A stretch of DNA of 63,165 nucleotides, counting the filler, from Octopus bimaculoides (taxonomy: Eukaryota): the NCBI RefSeq assembly GCF_001194135.2. It is 5 parts of 5 records of this genome, joined end to end, with 100 filler letters (N's around TTAATTAATTAA, not from the genome) between each part and the next. Parts side by side here need not be neighbours in the genome. Positions count along the whole stretch, not along the records: positions 1 to 27,420 come from NC_068983.1; 4 more parts are not named here. One strand, written 5' to 3'. The notes under the pieces are model-generated. The model was not told where the DNA came from. It did not search any database and saw nothing but the letters and a program-made list of their open reading frames with translations. Position 1 is the stretch's first letter. Every line of letters starts with the position of its first letter. Shown here one piece after another: positions 10,870 to 23,114 of this stretch. The position numbers and the translations under genes were made by a program.

Positions 10870-12480
10870 CATGACACATTTTGTGCATCTATCAAATAAT
10901 CTGTCCTCCTGTAATCTGAACCACACCACAGTCATATCAGGTGATTTTAACATTGACATCTTAAATCCTACTAATACCGGAAATCAAGCAACTTCCAATT
11001 CATGTCCAGATCAAATATGGTGTAATCAACTTTCCAAAACTCATTCTGGAGTTTTTGACGTAGAAATAACTGAACATTCTCCTACGTTTACCTTATTCAA
11101 TCTCAAAGGATATTTACATGAACCAGTAATAAAATATAACCATGATCATAGCCAGACCACTTTAGATAAAAGTCTCTTCATAGCCTGACCACTTTAGATA
11201 AAGTCTCTTCAGGTGTTTACTTCTAATTTTATAACTCTTCCTATTTCAGACATTAATGTTAAAATGGAAATTTTTATCACAACCTTCTCTGAAATATACA
11301 ATATGGACTTCCCTATTCGATCAAAACAAATATCTCCTAATTTTTATCTCAAACCATGGTTAACAAGTGGTATTTGAAATTGTATTAATAAAAAGTATGC
11401 GCTCTTTAGCCAATACGAAAATGGTCAAATAACCTTTCAGAATTATAACACTTATAAAACACTACTCACTACAATTATAAAACGGGCTAAATATAAATAT
11501 TTTCAAAATAAATTTCATGCAAACCTTGGTGATGCAAAAACATGGTAAACAATAAACACACTTACAAACAATCAAAAAAAGAAACATATGATTCATGAAA
11601 TTTTACAGGATAATAAATCACTTACTAACCCTTATGATATAGCCTGCACCTTCAATAATTACTTCTCTAATTTAGCTACAAACCTTAACAATCAGATCCC
11701 CCACTCATTGTCCTACATGGACCCTAGTAACCCAAACTTCTTTGCATTTTCTTCTTCCCCAGACGAAGTGAGAGCTGTTATAAACTCCCTTAAAAATAAA
11801 CCAGACTCAAATGAAAATATCCCTTCATATATCTACAAACAGATTGTTGACATAGTCAACTTACTATTGCAATGCTCTTTTCTGAATCAGTTGCACAAGG
11901 TGTATTCCTTGACTGTCTAAAAATGGTATGTGTCATTCCAGTCTATAAAACAGACCTATATCCTATATGTAAGTAACAACAGACCTATATCCACTCTCTC
12001 GAAGAATTTTGAAAAGTTAATGCACAAGTGACTAGTCATTTCTCAATCTTAACAAAATACTATCAAATCACCAATTTGACTTTAGAGAAAACTTACGTAC
12101 TGCTGATGCAATCCTTGAATTTCTAGATTATACCTACAGTTCACTAAACATCTCTAAATATTTCCTTGCACTTTACTTTAATATCAGTAAAGCTTTTGAT
12201 TCTGTACATTCAGTTATATTGTTGGCCAAACTTAAGCATATGGAGTTCCTAACAATTGGTTTAGATCATATCTCTCAGCGTGAATAGTATGTTTCTGTTG
12301 AAACATCAAAATCACCATTATCCACTATAAGCTAGGAGTACCCCAGGGCCCATTACTCTTCCTTATCTATATAAACGATATGTGCAATTCTACTAATTTA
12401 TTAAATTTTCTACACTTTGTTAATAACTCTACTATTTTTACTAGTCACCAAGGCCTTCCTTTCCTATTCAATACAGTTGT
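10870..12480 (+). mobile_element. Decayed CR1/L2-group LINE (APE end plus RT)
   Basis: Fragments ISGDFNIDIL, KPWLTSGI, ACTFNNYFSNLA, DEVRAVINSLKNK, SKAFDSV and GVPQG..PLLFLIYIND, with many stops and frameshifts. Confidence 0.75.
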
Positions 12481-13144
12481 ATAGGGGTAGACCTACACAA
12501 TATTCTTAGTCACCATATACCTGTACACCTTACTTCATCCTAAAGCCAATCCCTAAATCCCCCCCTCACTCCAACTACCTCTCTTTCTATTTATTTACTT
12601 TTCTTTCCTTTTACCACTTAATAGCCACCCTTCGCTACCAATCTGTTATTGAATGTTGATATGCTCATGTCTTTTTCCTTTGGATGTTTACTACATCAGG
12701 ATTTTAACCCACATGGATCTACACAAAATTCCACTTCTGGAATTCCACTTTATGTCAGCATTGTTGTCATCATATCCGATTCTGAATAAGTAATACTGAC
12801 AAGATCACTTTCATTATCACCTTCAGGAAAAGAAGATTCATCACAAATAATTTTTTCCATTTTTTATTTAAATTGGATAATAATTGTGAAATCTCTTCAA
12901 GGCTTAGCTTTTGATACCTTGATATTTCATAGAAGGATTACAATTATAAAACCAAAGGAAAAATAAATAGTTGGCAAGCTGTCACTGTTTTATACTTGTT
13001 GAATTATAATGCAATGTTTCATCATTCCTTCAAAGATAATGCAATACTAAATGTTTGTTTCATAAAGATGATGCACTCACTAAATAGTAGTATTGCATCA
13101 TCTTCAAATGTCTTAGTAAATGCTATTAGAGATCTTTGCCAAGC

Positions 13145-13255
13145 AGTATGGGATGAGGTTGTGAAAGCTGACCTCAAGATGCGGAGCCTTACAGAGGAAA
13201 TGACAATGGGTTGGGAGGGTTGGTGCTCAGCCATGCTCAAGAAGACCTGCTCATA
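13145..13255 (+). mobile_element. RTE ORF 3'-end fragment
   Basis: WDEVVKADLKMRSLTEEMT parallels WDEVVNHDL..LGLTEAMT at 9095-9150. Confidence 0.55.
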
Positions 13256-13834
13256 GCTAGCAGAACACCTACCCAAAACCTGGTTACAAATCTCACTGTG
13301 CTGTATGCACTAGGGATACAACTTTTTTGTAACTTCATAGTCCTGTATCATATTCTGATGAGTTTTTGCTAGAAAACAATGAAAATCAATGTTTTGTTTT
13401 TTTTTTATTAAACAGTTCACCCATGACTGGCTTTGAAATTTTTATACTTGGTTGCATTTGGGTGGATTTCCAAAAACTAGAATCCTGATAGAATAATAAA
13501 CAAAAAAGGGGAAAAAATCCAAAACGTTTAATCTATAACTGTTAAAAGAACTGTATTCTGCATTCCAGAACAATAAAAAGAAGGTAAGTCATAGAACCCT
13601 GCCAAATGAAGTACAACTAATTTAAAGAGCCAACTTAGTCTCACACCAAATATGTAACCAATAAGGGAGAATGAAGAAACCTGCAACCCACAGCTCCCTG
13701 TCAATAGAATTATTCATCTGATATTTAGTTTAATTTTGTTGTGATTTTCCACAATTTATTCAGCAAATGGTATTTTTCTTAATAGATGAGAAACATTCAG
13801 TTGAAACTCTGGCTATGTCCATCATGTGTCACAC

Positions 13835-13972
13835 TGATCCATGTAACTTAGCAGTTCACCAAAAAAAGACTGACAAATCAAATTAACTTAGAATTGATTT
13901 AGTTGACTAAACCATAGAAGCTTATGCCCCAGCATAGTCACAGTCAAATGACTGAAACAAGTCAAAGAATAA
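13835..13972 (+). mobile_element. Decayed SINE family B 3' half
   Basis: GTAACTTAGCAGTTC...CCAGCATAGTCACAGTCAAATGACTGAAACAAG matches the 3' half at 62390-62580. Confidence 0.6.
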
Positions 13973-14514
13973 CAATAAATGAATGGTATTTCTTCATTTT
14001 ATGACCACAAAATGAAAGTAGAAATTAACTGTAAGCAATCAGTCAAAGGAAATTAAAATTTTATAAAACACCTTTTTCTTATCAAAATAATCATTTTACT
14101 ATCTTAAAACATGGAATTCCTCCAAAAGAATGAAATTTCAAAATGAGTTGAAAACCATATCTTTATTTATTTATTTTTTTTTTTTTTGGTGAGGAGAAAA
14201 TTTAAGAAATTAAAATGTTTTGATGTTAAAAAGAAGAACCCAAAGAGATTTTGAGAAAACCAAAAAGTGTGTGGAAGAGGGTGAAGTGCCTATATTCAAC
14301 ATGTTCCACATGAGTATCCAGCTGTAAAACCATGCCAAAACAGGCAGAAGCACCTGGAACAGCTCTCTGGATGGCCAATTCCTGTTAAATCATTCAATAT
14401 GGAGGAAAATGTGTTAAATGATGATGAACCTTGAAGGGTGTCATGTTTGATCTTTCATTTTGTGATCATAAAAGATTACTAATAAGTAAAAAGAAAATAC
14501 TGCAGCAAATATTG

Positions 14515-14717
14515 GTTTCAAATTTTGGCACAAGGCCAGTAATTTGGGGGAGGGGGTAAGTTGATTACATCGACCCCAGCGCTCAACCAGTACTTATTTC
14601 AATGAATGAAAGGCAAAGTTGAGTTAGGCAGAATTTGAACTCAGAATGTAAAGATGGATGAAATGCCACTAAACATTTTGCCTGGTATACTAACAATTCT
14701 GCCAGTTCCCCACATTA
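14515..14717 (-). mobile_element. tRNA-derived SINE family A
   Basis: Reverse complement of the core GAGTTCAAATTC.GCC.A..TCAACTTTGCCTTTCAT...GTACTGG...GGGGTCGATGTAATC. Confidence 0.75.
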
Positions 14718-14912
14718 ACTGCAGCAGATACTGAGGTAAGTGACATTCTTGGCTGATAACAGAATAATGTACAGGTCATGTGGCTGGAGGGAGGGGGAAA
14801 GAAAGAGAGAGAGACAAAAAAGAGGGAAATTATGATTGATTCAACCAATTAAAACAAATGACTGCTTTGATATTATAGCGAACAACTTAAGGGAAATTCC
14901 TCTCTCTCTCTC

Positions 14913-15828
14913 TGTTACATATACATGAATACGGACGTAGTAGATAACAGCTAGCCTTCGGCTGCACCTTTGGACCCTGTTGTGTCTACTACTATGATTG
15001 GTTAGTATTGGCGCAATTTGTCACTTGCTCTATTGTGTGCCAAGATGCAACTCAACCAATCGCAGCCTTCAGATAAGGTCATGTGAGACAGTCTTTTCTA
15101 AACCTTCGGTGGGCCAACTGCGTTGTATAAAACGCTAGCTTCACACTGTCTCAAGGTCTTTCAACTTCAGGCCTTCTGAGGTCTAGCCACTGACCACAGA
15201 GCACACAGCCAGTTCCAGCGGTGACACAACAGCAGCCACATGGAGACTCATCAACACTTCGTCCAGCAGCATTCAGGACCTCCATCTCTGTCACCACCAT
15301 CATTTTCTTAATGACATCAACTTCTTGCTACGTACACAGCAACCAGCAGCACTCGTACAGGTTCTATCTCCATGCTGTTTGTGAATTACTTCACCATTGT
15401 TAACAGCAAATACAATCTGCAAGAATTCCTGTAACAAGAGACCGACAACAGCATTGTAGCCACGACTTCTTATATGACATGTGCCTCTCCCTGGCTCTGC
15501 ATTGCAGCCTCAACTTCTTGATACAGCATTTCAAATACTGTGTACATTGACTACGAACTGGTATTTATCATCCTTGTGTCTGAACATTCTTCTAACATCA
15601 TATTATAGACTCTTTCAATGCTCTGTACTTACCCAATTAACTAAAGACTTGTTTTGTTTATGCTTTTCCCTCCGGTTTTTTGTTCTATGTGTGCCATAAA
15701 TATCGCCATCCGTTTTAGAGAAAAATTTGTAGTTTAGAATCAGTAGTTCTTTGACTGCTATTTCTAAATTTTCAGTATGTTGGAGAAGCAACTCAATTGC
15801 TAATCCCTTATATTTATGATGATATACA
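14913..15828 (+). mobile_element. Possible solo LTR
   Basis: A non-coding ~915-bp block beginning TGT and ending ACA, with CCAAT-like boxes and TATAAAA at 15126-15132. No target-site duplication could be confirmed. Confidence 0.3.
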
Positions 15829-16573
15829 NNNNNNNNNNNNNNNNNNNNNNNNNNNNNNNNNNNNNNNNNNNNNNNNNNNNNNNNNNNNNNNNNNNNNNNN
15901 NNNNNNNNNNNNNNNNNNNNNNNNNNNNNNNNNNNNNNNNNNNNNNNNNNNNNNNNNNNNNNNNNNNNNNNNNNNNNNNNNNNNNNNNNNNNNNNNNNNN
16001 NNNNNNNNNNNNNNNNNNNNNNNNNNNNNNNNNNNNNNNNNNNNNNNNNNNNNNNNNNNNNNNNNNNNNNNNNNNNNNNNNNNNNNNNNNNNNNNNNNNN
16101 NNNNNNNNNNNNNNNNNNNNNNNNNNNNNNNNNNNNNNNNNNNNNNNNNNNNNNNNNNNNNNNNNNNNNNNNNNNNNNNNNNNNNNNNNNNNNNNNNNNN
16201 NNNNNNNNNNNNNNNNNNNNNNNNNNNNNNNNNNNNNNNNNNNNNNNNNNNNNNNNNNNNNNNNNNNNNNNNNNNNNNNNNNNNNNNNNNNNTTACCCAA
16301 TTAACTAAAGACTTGTTTTGTTTATGCTTTTCCCTCCGGTTTTTTGTTCTATGTGTGCCATAAATATCGCCATCCGTTTTAGAGAAAAATTTGTAGTTTA
16401 GAATCAGTAGTTCTTTGACTGCTATTTCTAAATTTTCAGTATGTTGGAGAAGCAACTCAATTGCTAATCCCTTATATTTATGATGATATACATACACACA
16501 TGTATATATATATACATACATATATATATGAACATACACACACTCACACACATATATGTACATACATATAAAC

Positions 16574-17910
16574 CATCATCATCATCATCATCGTTTAACG
16601 TCCGCTTTCCATGCTAGCATGGGTTGGACGATTTGACAGAGGACTGGTGAACCAGATGGCTACACCAGGTTCCAATCTGATTTAGCAGTATTTCTACAGC
16701 TGGATGCCCTTCCTAACTCCAACCACTCTGAGTGTGTAGTGGGTGCTTTTACGTGCCACTGGCACAAAGGTCAGTCAGGCGGTACTGGCAACAGCCACGC
16801 TCAAAATGGTGTATTTTATGTGCCACCTGCACAGGAGCCAGTTCAGCGGCACTGGCAACGATCTCGCTCGAAAGTCTTTACACATGCCACTGGCACAAGT
16901 GCCACAAAGGCGACGTTGGACACAGGTGCCATCACGATTTTGCTTTCGCTTGCCCCAACAGGTCTTCGCAATGAAGGAAAGGTACGCATAAGTGGGCTGG
17001 CTACACCCCTGGCAGAGGCCTTGGATTTAGGTCTCACTTGGCTTGCCGGGTCTTCTCAAGCACAGCATATTTCCAAAGGTCTCGGTCAGAAGTCATCGCC
17101 TCGGTGAGGCCCAATGTTCGAAGATCTTGCCTCATCNNNNNNNNNNNNNNNNNNNNNNNNNNNNNNNNNNNNNNNNNNNNNNNNNNNNNNNNNNNNNNNN
17201 NNNNNNNNNNNNNNNNNNNNNNNNNNNNNNNNNNNNNNNNNNNNNNNNNNNNNNNNNNNNNNNNNNNNNNNNNNNNNNNNNNNNNNNNNNNNNNNNNNNN
17301 NNNNNNNNNNNNNNNNNNNNNNNNNNNNNNNNNNNNNNNNNNNNNNNNNNNNNNNNNNNNNNNNNNNNNNNNNNNNNNNNNNNNNNNNNNNNNNNNNNNN
17401 NNNNNNNNNNNNNNNNNNNNNNNNNNNNNNNNNNNNNNNNNNNNNNNNNNNNNNNNNNNNNNNNNNNNNNNNNNNNNNNNNNNNNCTTTGCCCAGGCTAT
17501 TCTTATTCTAGCAGCTACACTTTCAGTGCACCCTCCCCCACTACTAACTTGGTCACCTAGATAGTGGAAGCTATCAACCACTTCTAGTTTTTCTCCCTGG
17601 AATGTGGCAGAAGTTGTTTTCTGCACATTTACAGTGTTTATTGCTCCTGAACATTTGCTACATACAAAAACTAACTTCCTAGTTAACCTTCCTTTGATAT
17701 TGCTGCACCTCTTATGTGTCCATAGCTTGCATTGGGTGCATCTTATAGAGTTTCTACCTACGCCTTTTCTACAGATTGAGCAGGGCCATCTACCTGAAGG
17801 GGTTTGTGTTTTATCTGCCTTCCTACTTATTAGGACTTTCGTCTTATCAGCATAGAGGAGCTCTCAGGGGCATCCTATCTTGAATTCCTGTGTTATCGCC
17901 TGGAGGACTA
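16574..17910 (-). mobile_element. 5'-truncated RTE LINE (same group as 6331-9581)
   Basis: The minus strand gives RT-downstream LEVVDSFHYLGDQVSSGGGC..SVAARIRIAWAK and QTPSGRWPCSIC, then a 3' UTR and (GAT)n tail as in 1-240. There is an internal gap. Confidence 0.85.
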
Positions 17911-18100
17911 TGATAAATCTGATATGCTAGAAAGAGATCATCTCTTTGAAGCATATTGGATGTCCACTCAGTGGTCATCCCTTCTTATATGCATGTAATA
18001 CAATTTTTCTCAATTTTCTAGATTTTTTTACATTTGAAGTTTGTGGTGTAGTCTGTTTTATTTCTGTCAGGCTTTTCCATGTAGAAGAATTAAGTATGCA

Positions 18101-18946
18101 AGCTCATAGCACCCGAAACACATCAAAATAAATATCCCTTTCAATTTGGCAAAAAGGATTTGCACAATAGTGTCTGTTAGAACAACTCGGGGCCTTCGTC
18201 TTCAAGACCTCAAAACAACACTTACTGAAAGACAATATCCACCCTCACTTATAGATGAGGGAATTAAACATGCTAAAAAATTAGACATAAAATCACTAAG
18301 AACAACAAAATAGAACACCACACCACATCTCAAAAGACTACTATTTATATCAACACATAACCACAGAAATAGTGAGGCATTCAACACTCTTGTGCAAAAT
18401 CTTCCTTTACTAACTAGAGATCCAAAAATGAACGACATCCTGAAAATCACAAACTCATCAAATGCAAAAAGCAACACAAGTCACTAAAGAGACTGCTAAC
18501 AAATGCAAAGCTTTACAAAATGACCATAAAACCAACGGTTAAAAAACATGGACGCCCAAACTCTGGAACCTGCCCCAACTTGCTTGAAGGCTCAGATTTC
18601 CTTTACAAACAAGGACAGAGAATCACAATTAAAACTGGTTTCACTTGTGCCTCTGAGAACCTAATTTATGTAATAACCTGCTTGGGTTGTGTACACAACT
18701 ATATTGGACAGACGAATATGACCTTGAGAAGGAGAACCACTCTACATAAAGAGCAAATCTGTTTCCCCGCAATACAGGCAAATTCCTCTCAGTGAACATA
18801 TAGAAAGATGTGCAGATAACATCAAACAAAATTTCACAGTCTTCCCTTTCTACCAGTGCAAAGACACAATCTCTCCACAAGAACGTTTAAATAAAGAAAC
18901 TTTATTCATTGAAAAATACAGAACACGTCTTAATATGCATGCATAA
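18101..18946 (+). mobile_element. Penelope-like element 3' part (RT thumb, Cys linker, GIY-YIG)
   Basis: HPKHIKINIPFNLAKRICTIVS..., CPNL, FTCASENLIYVITCLGCVHNYIGQT..LRRRTTLH, ERLNKE..FI; frameshifted. Confidence 0.85.
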
Positions 18947-19148
18947 CCAACTTTTATCTTTTTACATATTTCAATTCACGATTACATCACTGTACATCAC
19001 TGTACATAAATCCCCTCACTAAACATGTTTTTCAAAACCTTTTTTTTAGTGTGTGTACATATATATTCCCCTCCCCTTACCGAAAGCTGAACAGTTATCT
19101 CCCTTGTTCACAACAATAACAATAATAANNNNNNNNNNCAACATGGAC

Positions 19149-19425
19149 AAAAGCAACAAAAATGTATTAGGTCATAGCAGTATGTACGTTTTGTACAAGC
19201 TTCATTTATTTATGTAGTGAGAACACCACATAAGATGTGCAATGAAATTGTACTCCTCAGCTGCATAATGGAAGTTCATTTCAGAAAGCCGTTTTATAAA
19301 TTTGTGTAAATACATGAGTAGGAGATGAAGAGAATAACATCTTGACTGGGCTGATAATCAACAGTCTAGTGAACAAAACAGGAATTTAATTTCTATATAT
19401 TCTATTTGTTCTTCTTTCTAAAAAG
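19149..19425. repeat. Left arm of a ~275-bp inverted repeat (partner 20961-21233)
   Basis: The reverse complement aligns with 20961-21233 with about ten differences and one 3-nt indel (counted by eye). Confidence 0.95.
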
Positions 19426-20298
19426 AACATAGAATTAGCTAGGACCCTTGAAAATAAGAATTGTCTTATTATTAATGGAAATATAGATAACTACCAGGCA
19501 ATTAATAATACCAATGCTACCAATAATCATGTATATGATAATACCAATAATACAGTGAATACTAGTGAAGAAATTCACAATGAAAATCCCAATAATAATT
19601 CAATAAATAACAACAATAATTCTAATGACCATTTAAATGGTAGTGATGATAATACTCAAAACAGTTATTATGAAACTGATTACAACACATCTAACCCCTT
19701 AAACATTAATCTTAATCAACTTAATGAACATAATAACACTTCAACTGTTAACATAGTTGATGAGATAAATCTTCCTAGCTCAAACTATATCAATTGCATA
19801 TCCAGTAATACAACCAACAATATTGATATAATCAATTATGATAATTGTATTAACAATCAACATAATAATATATATATAGCTAATAATCCCCTTAATTGCA
19901 ATTGTAGAATTAAGGCCCATTGCCCGTTATTGGGCCGTTGTCTAGCCCGTAACATGGTCTATAAATGTACAGTAACTACTCCAACTAATAATTACATTTA
20001 TGCTGGTTGCACAATCAATCTTAAACAGCGATTATACAGTCACTTATCATTGTTTAGACTTAAACATAAGGCCAATAGCATGTCATTATCTAGTAAAATT
20101 TGGGAATTGAAGGATAATGGTATTGATTTTAACCTTAAATGGGAAATCATCAAGAGGGCACAACCCTATAGAAATAGTAAATACGGCTGTGGACTGTGCT
20201 CAATGGAAATTTATGAAATTTTTAAACTTAAGGATAATCCTAATTTAATTAACAATAGATCTGACCTTAGGGTTACTCTCGCACCTTTAAATATTTAA
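19390..20298 (+). CDS. Stop-free frame: Asn-rich N-terminal region plus PLE-type GIY-YIG endonuclease; no RT and no upstream ATG
   Basis: Open from 19390 (after TAA at 19387-19389) to TAA at 20296-20298. The C-terminal half reads CNCRIKAHCPLLGRC..NMVYKC..YIYAGCT..KQRLYSH..LSSKIWELK..WEII..PY..CGLCSME..LINNRS, keeping the putative catalytic Tyr, Arg, Glu and Asn. Expression is unproven. Confidence 0.6.
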   Translation, partial: FLYILFVLLSKKNIELARTLENKNCLIINGNIDNYQAINNTNATNNHVYDNTNNTVNTSEEIHNENPNNNSINNNNNSNDHLNGSDDNTQNSYYETDYNTSNPLNINLNQLNEHNNTSTVNIVDEINLPSSNYINCISSNTTNNIDIINYDNCINNQHNNIYIANNPLNCNCRIKAHCPLLGRCLARNMVYKCTVTTPTNNYIYAGCTINLKQRLYSHLSLFRLKHKANSMSLSSKIWELKDNGIDFNLKWEIIKRAQPYRNSKYGCGLCSMEIYEIFKLKDNPNLINNRSDLRVTLAPLNI

Positions 20299-20960
20299 AA
20301 AAATAAATCTTATTAGTAATATATTATTTTAACTGCTTTCGTTTCTCAGACTATTAACTACTTTATTTAAGTTATAGCTTTAAAGTATAAAATTTGGAAT
20401 ATATTTTAACCTTTCCCAACCCACTGATAATATTCCTACATTTCTCTAGCTAACTCTAAGTCTCTTCTACCATATCTTTTTTGACACCATAGCTTTAATA
20501 CTCTTAGTTTAGTCCTGATTTTCTAACTTTATTCCTTCTCCTTCTCCCCCCCCCCTTTTACTTTGATTTGTTTTGGCCATTGATATCTTTTCTTATGGTT
20601 TTCTTATAAATAATATCTCTCTTCTACTACCCCACATAGATGTATATCTTATTCTAATTTAACTATTAATGTTCTCTATGGTTTTAATTTTTTTATATTT
20701 TAGATGTTTGAATTATTCTAAATACACAGACGAATAGGTATAATCTTAGTAATTTCCTTTAATTCTTCAATATCTTGACCTATATTCCCTTACCTTAAAT
20801 TTCCTCTTGGCACTCCTAAGGGTATTGTTTTTCTATTTCTTTTTTTTCCTATCTTCTTCTCTTTTTTCCTCTTTCTTGATTTACCCCTGACCTGCCTTCC
20901 CCTACTACTACTACCTAACCTACCTTCCTCTAAATTGAAATTACTGCTATTTTACCCCTC

Positions 20961-21233
20961 CTTCTAGAAAGAACAAATAGAATATATAGAAATTAAATTC
21001 CTGTTTGGTTCACTAGACTGTTGATTATCAGCCCAGTCAAAATGTTATTCTCTTCATCTCCTACTCATGTATTTACACACATTTACAAAATGGCTTTCTG
21101 AAATGAACTTCCATTATACAGCTGAGGAGTACAATTTCATTGCACATCTTATGTGGTGTTCTCACTACATAAATAAATGAAGCTTGTACGAAACGTATGT
21201 ACTGCTATGACCTAATACATTTTTGTTGCTTTT
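20961..21233. repeat. Right arm of the inverted repeat
   Basis: Reverse complement of 19149-19425. Confidence 0.95.
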
Positions 21234-21385
21234 CTTCAAATATACATACATATAGATATATTACAATTAAAAGGGTAAAGGATTATCAATTCATTAATAA
21301 ATTAATAATTAATAATTTTTACCAAGCCCGTCGGTATGTAAACACCATTATCGGTGAAGAACTTATTTAAAAGTTCTTATACATT

Positions 21386-21768
21386 TATAAACATAATTAA
21401 AGGATCAGCAACAGTTGCTTCACCACATACCGAAGTTCAGAAATAGCAGCTAAAGTGCTGAAACTCCAACAGATAGCATTACTTGTAACTCACAAAGGCA
21501 ACCTACATAGGCCAGACAGCAATTGCTAGCATCGTCGAATTTGCAACTGGAATATCATACTGATGAGGAAATGAAGAGTTTTTCCCTTCTAAGCCAGAAA
21601 CGCATCTATGATTAACTACGATTGGTTAGGTTCGTTATTTTTTCTTCTTGTTTTGCCTTTGAGAGTTACAAATAATGCTATCTGTTGGAGTTTCAGCACT
21701 TTAGCTGCTATTTCTGAACTTCGGTATGTGGTGAAGTAACTGTTGCTGATCCCTTAATTATGTTTATA
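21386..21768. mobile_element. Fold-back unit: 116-bp inverted arms (21386-21501 / 21653-21768) around a 151-bp loop
   Basis: The arms differ at 4 of 116 positions; the loop contains a hammerhead-like motif. Confidence 0.8.
21554..21612 (+). ncRNA. Type I hammerhead-ribozyme-like motif (degenerate stem II)
   Basis: ATCATA-CTGATGA-[30 nt]-GAAAC-GC-ATC-TATGAT. Stem I (ATCATA/TATGAT) is perfect and both core boxes are present. Stem II closure and position 16.2 are non-canonical. A copy lies at 22289-22347. Confidence 0.55.
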
Positions 21769-23114
21769 CNNNNNNNNNNNNNNNNNNNNNNNNNNNNNNN
21801 NNNNNNNNNNNNNNNNNNNNNNNNNNNNNNNNNNNNNNNNNNNNNNNNNNNNNNNNNNNNNNNNNNNNNNNNNNNNNNNNNNNNNNNNNNNNNNNNNNNN
21901 NNNNNNNNNNNNNNNNNNNNNNNNNNNNNNNNNNNNNNNNNNNNNNNNNNNNNNNNNNNNNNNNNNNNNNNNNNNNNNNNNNNNNNNNNNNNNNNNNNNN
22001 NNNNNNNGGGTAAAGGATTATCAATTCATTAATAAATTAATAATTAATAATTTTTACCAAGCCCGTCGGTATGTAAACACCATTATCGGTGAAGAACTTA
22101 TTTAAAAGTTCTTATACATTTATAAACATAATTAAAGGATCAGCAACAGTTGCTTCACCACATACCGAAGTTCAGAAATAGCAGCTAAAGTGCTGAAACT
22201 CCAACAGATAGCATTACTTGTAACTCACAAAGGCAACCTACATAGGCCAGACAGCAATTGCTAGCATCGTCGAATTTGCAACTGGAATATCATACTGATG
22301 AGGAAATGAAGAGTTTTTCCCTTCTAAGCCAGAAACGCATCTATGATTAACTACGATTGGTTAGGTTCGTTATTTTTTCTTCTTGTTTTGCCTTTGAGAG
22401 TTACAAATAATGCTATCTGTTGGAGTTTCAGCACTTTAGCTGCTATTTCTGAACTTCGGTATGTGGTGAAGTAACTGTTGCTGATCCCTTAATTATGTTT
22501 ATACATATAGATATATATATACATACATATACATACACATATATATTCATTTTGCAAGATTCTTGATGTGAATTCGTATGTTAAAACAGATTTTTTGTAT
22601 TTGGAGATAGTCATGTTGCCAGTTTAGCCAATAAAAACACATGCACTATATATTTGTTGTTCACTGTCTTCAATTTCATTTTATATTAATCGTATTTCAG
22701 CCAGTTCTTTCATCACACTTCTGGGACCTCATCAATGGTCCTTTGCTTTCTTCTTTCTTTTTCTCTGCCTTTCCTTAGTAATGATCAGCCATTTTGTATT
22801 CCTATTGTATGTGTCTTTATTTGTGTGTGTGGGAATGTGCCTGTATTATCAGTATCCCCTGTTTATACACATTCGTTTAATTTGCTTTTATTTTGTTCAT
22901 TTGTTTATATCTGCTTATTTTTTCTTTTCTTCCTTTTTTGTATTTAATTTATTTTGTTAATGTATATAGTTATTTAATTCCATTTATTTATCTCTGTATT
23001 GTATTATATTATATTATATTCATATTGTTATCAGTTTATGGGGATCTTATTCTGTCATAGGTTGTGGTGTGTTGGGGGGGGGGGTTAGTGTTCCATTGTA
23101 GTTTCCTATTCAGG

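Noticed and set aside
12790-12880. Short acidic minus-strand frame (MEKIICDESSFPEGDNESD...)
   Set aside because: Too short, with no transposase core or termini found.
13350-13392. Hammerhead-like ATATT-CTGATGA-GTTTT..AAAAC-AAT-GAAA-ATC-AATGT
   Set aside because: Stem I and II pairing is plausible, but there are three extra bases before GAAA and no stem III; at best a dead relic.
16293-16492. 200-bp direct repeat of 15629-15828
   Set aside because: Identical gap-flanking duplication; assembly artefact.
22008-22504. Apparent tandem second copy of the hammerhead fold-back unit (identical to 21273-21769)
   Set aside because: An identical 497-bp sequence on both sides of an N gap. The same pattern occurs at other gaps, so it is most likely an unmerged contig overlap rather than a retrozyme dimer. 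Long reads would settle it.
22690-22742. Minus-strand TTGATGAGG...CTGGCTGAAATACG downstream of the PLE fragment
   Set aside because: The core C is missing and stem I does not pair. It may be a decayed pLTR hammerhead but is not supportable.
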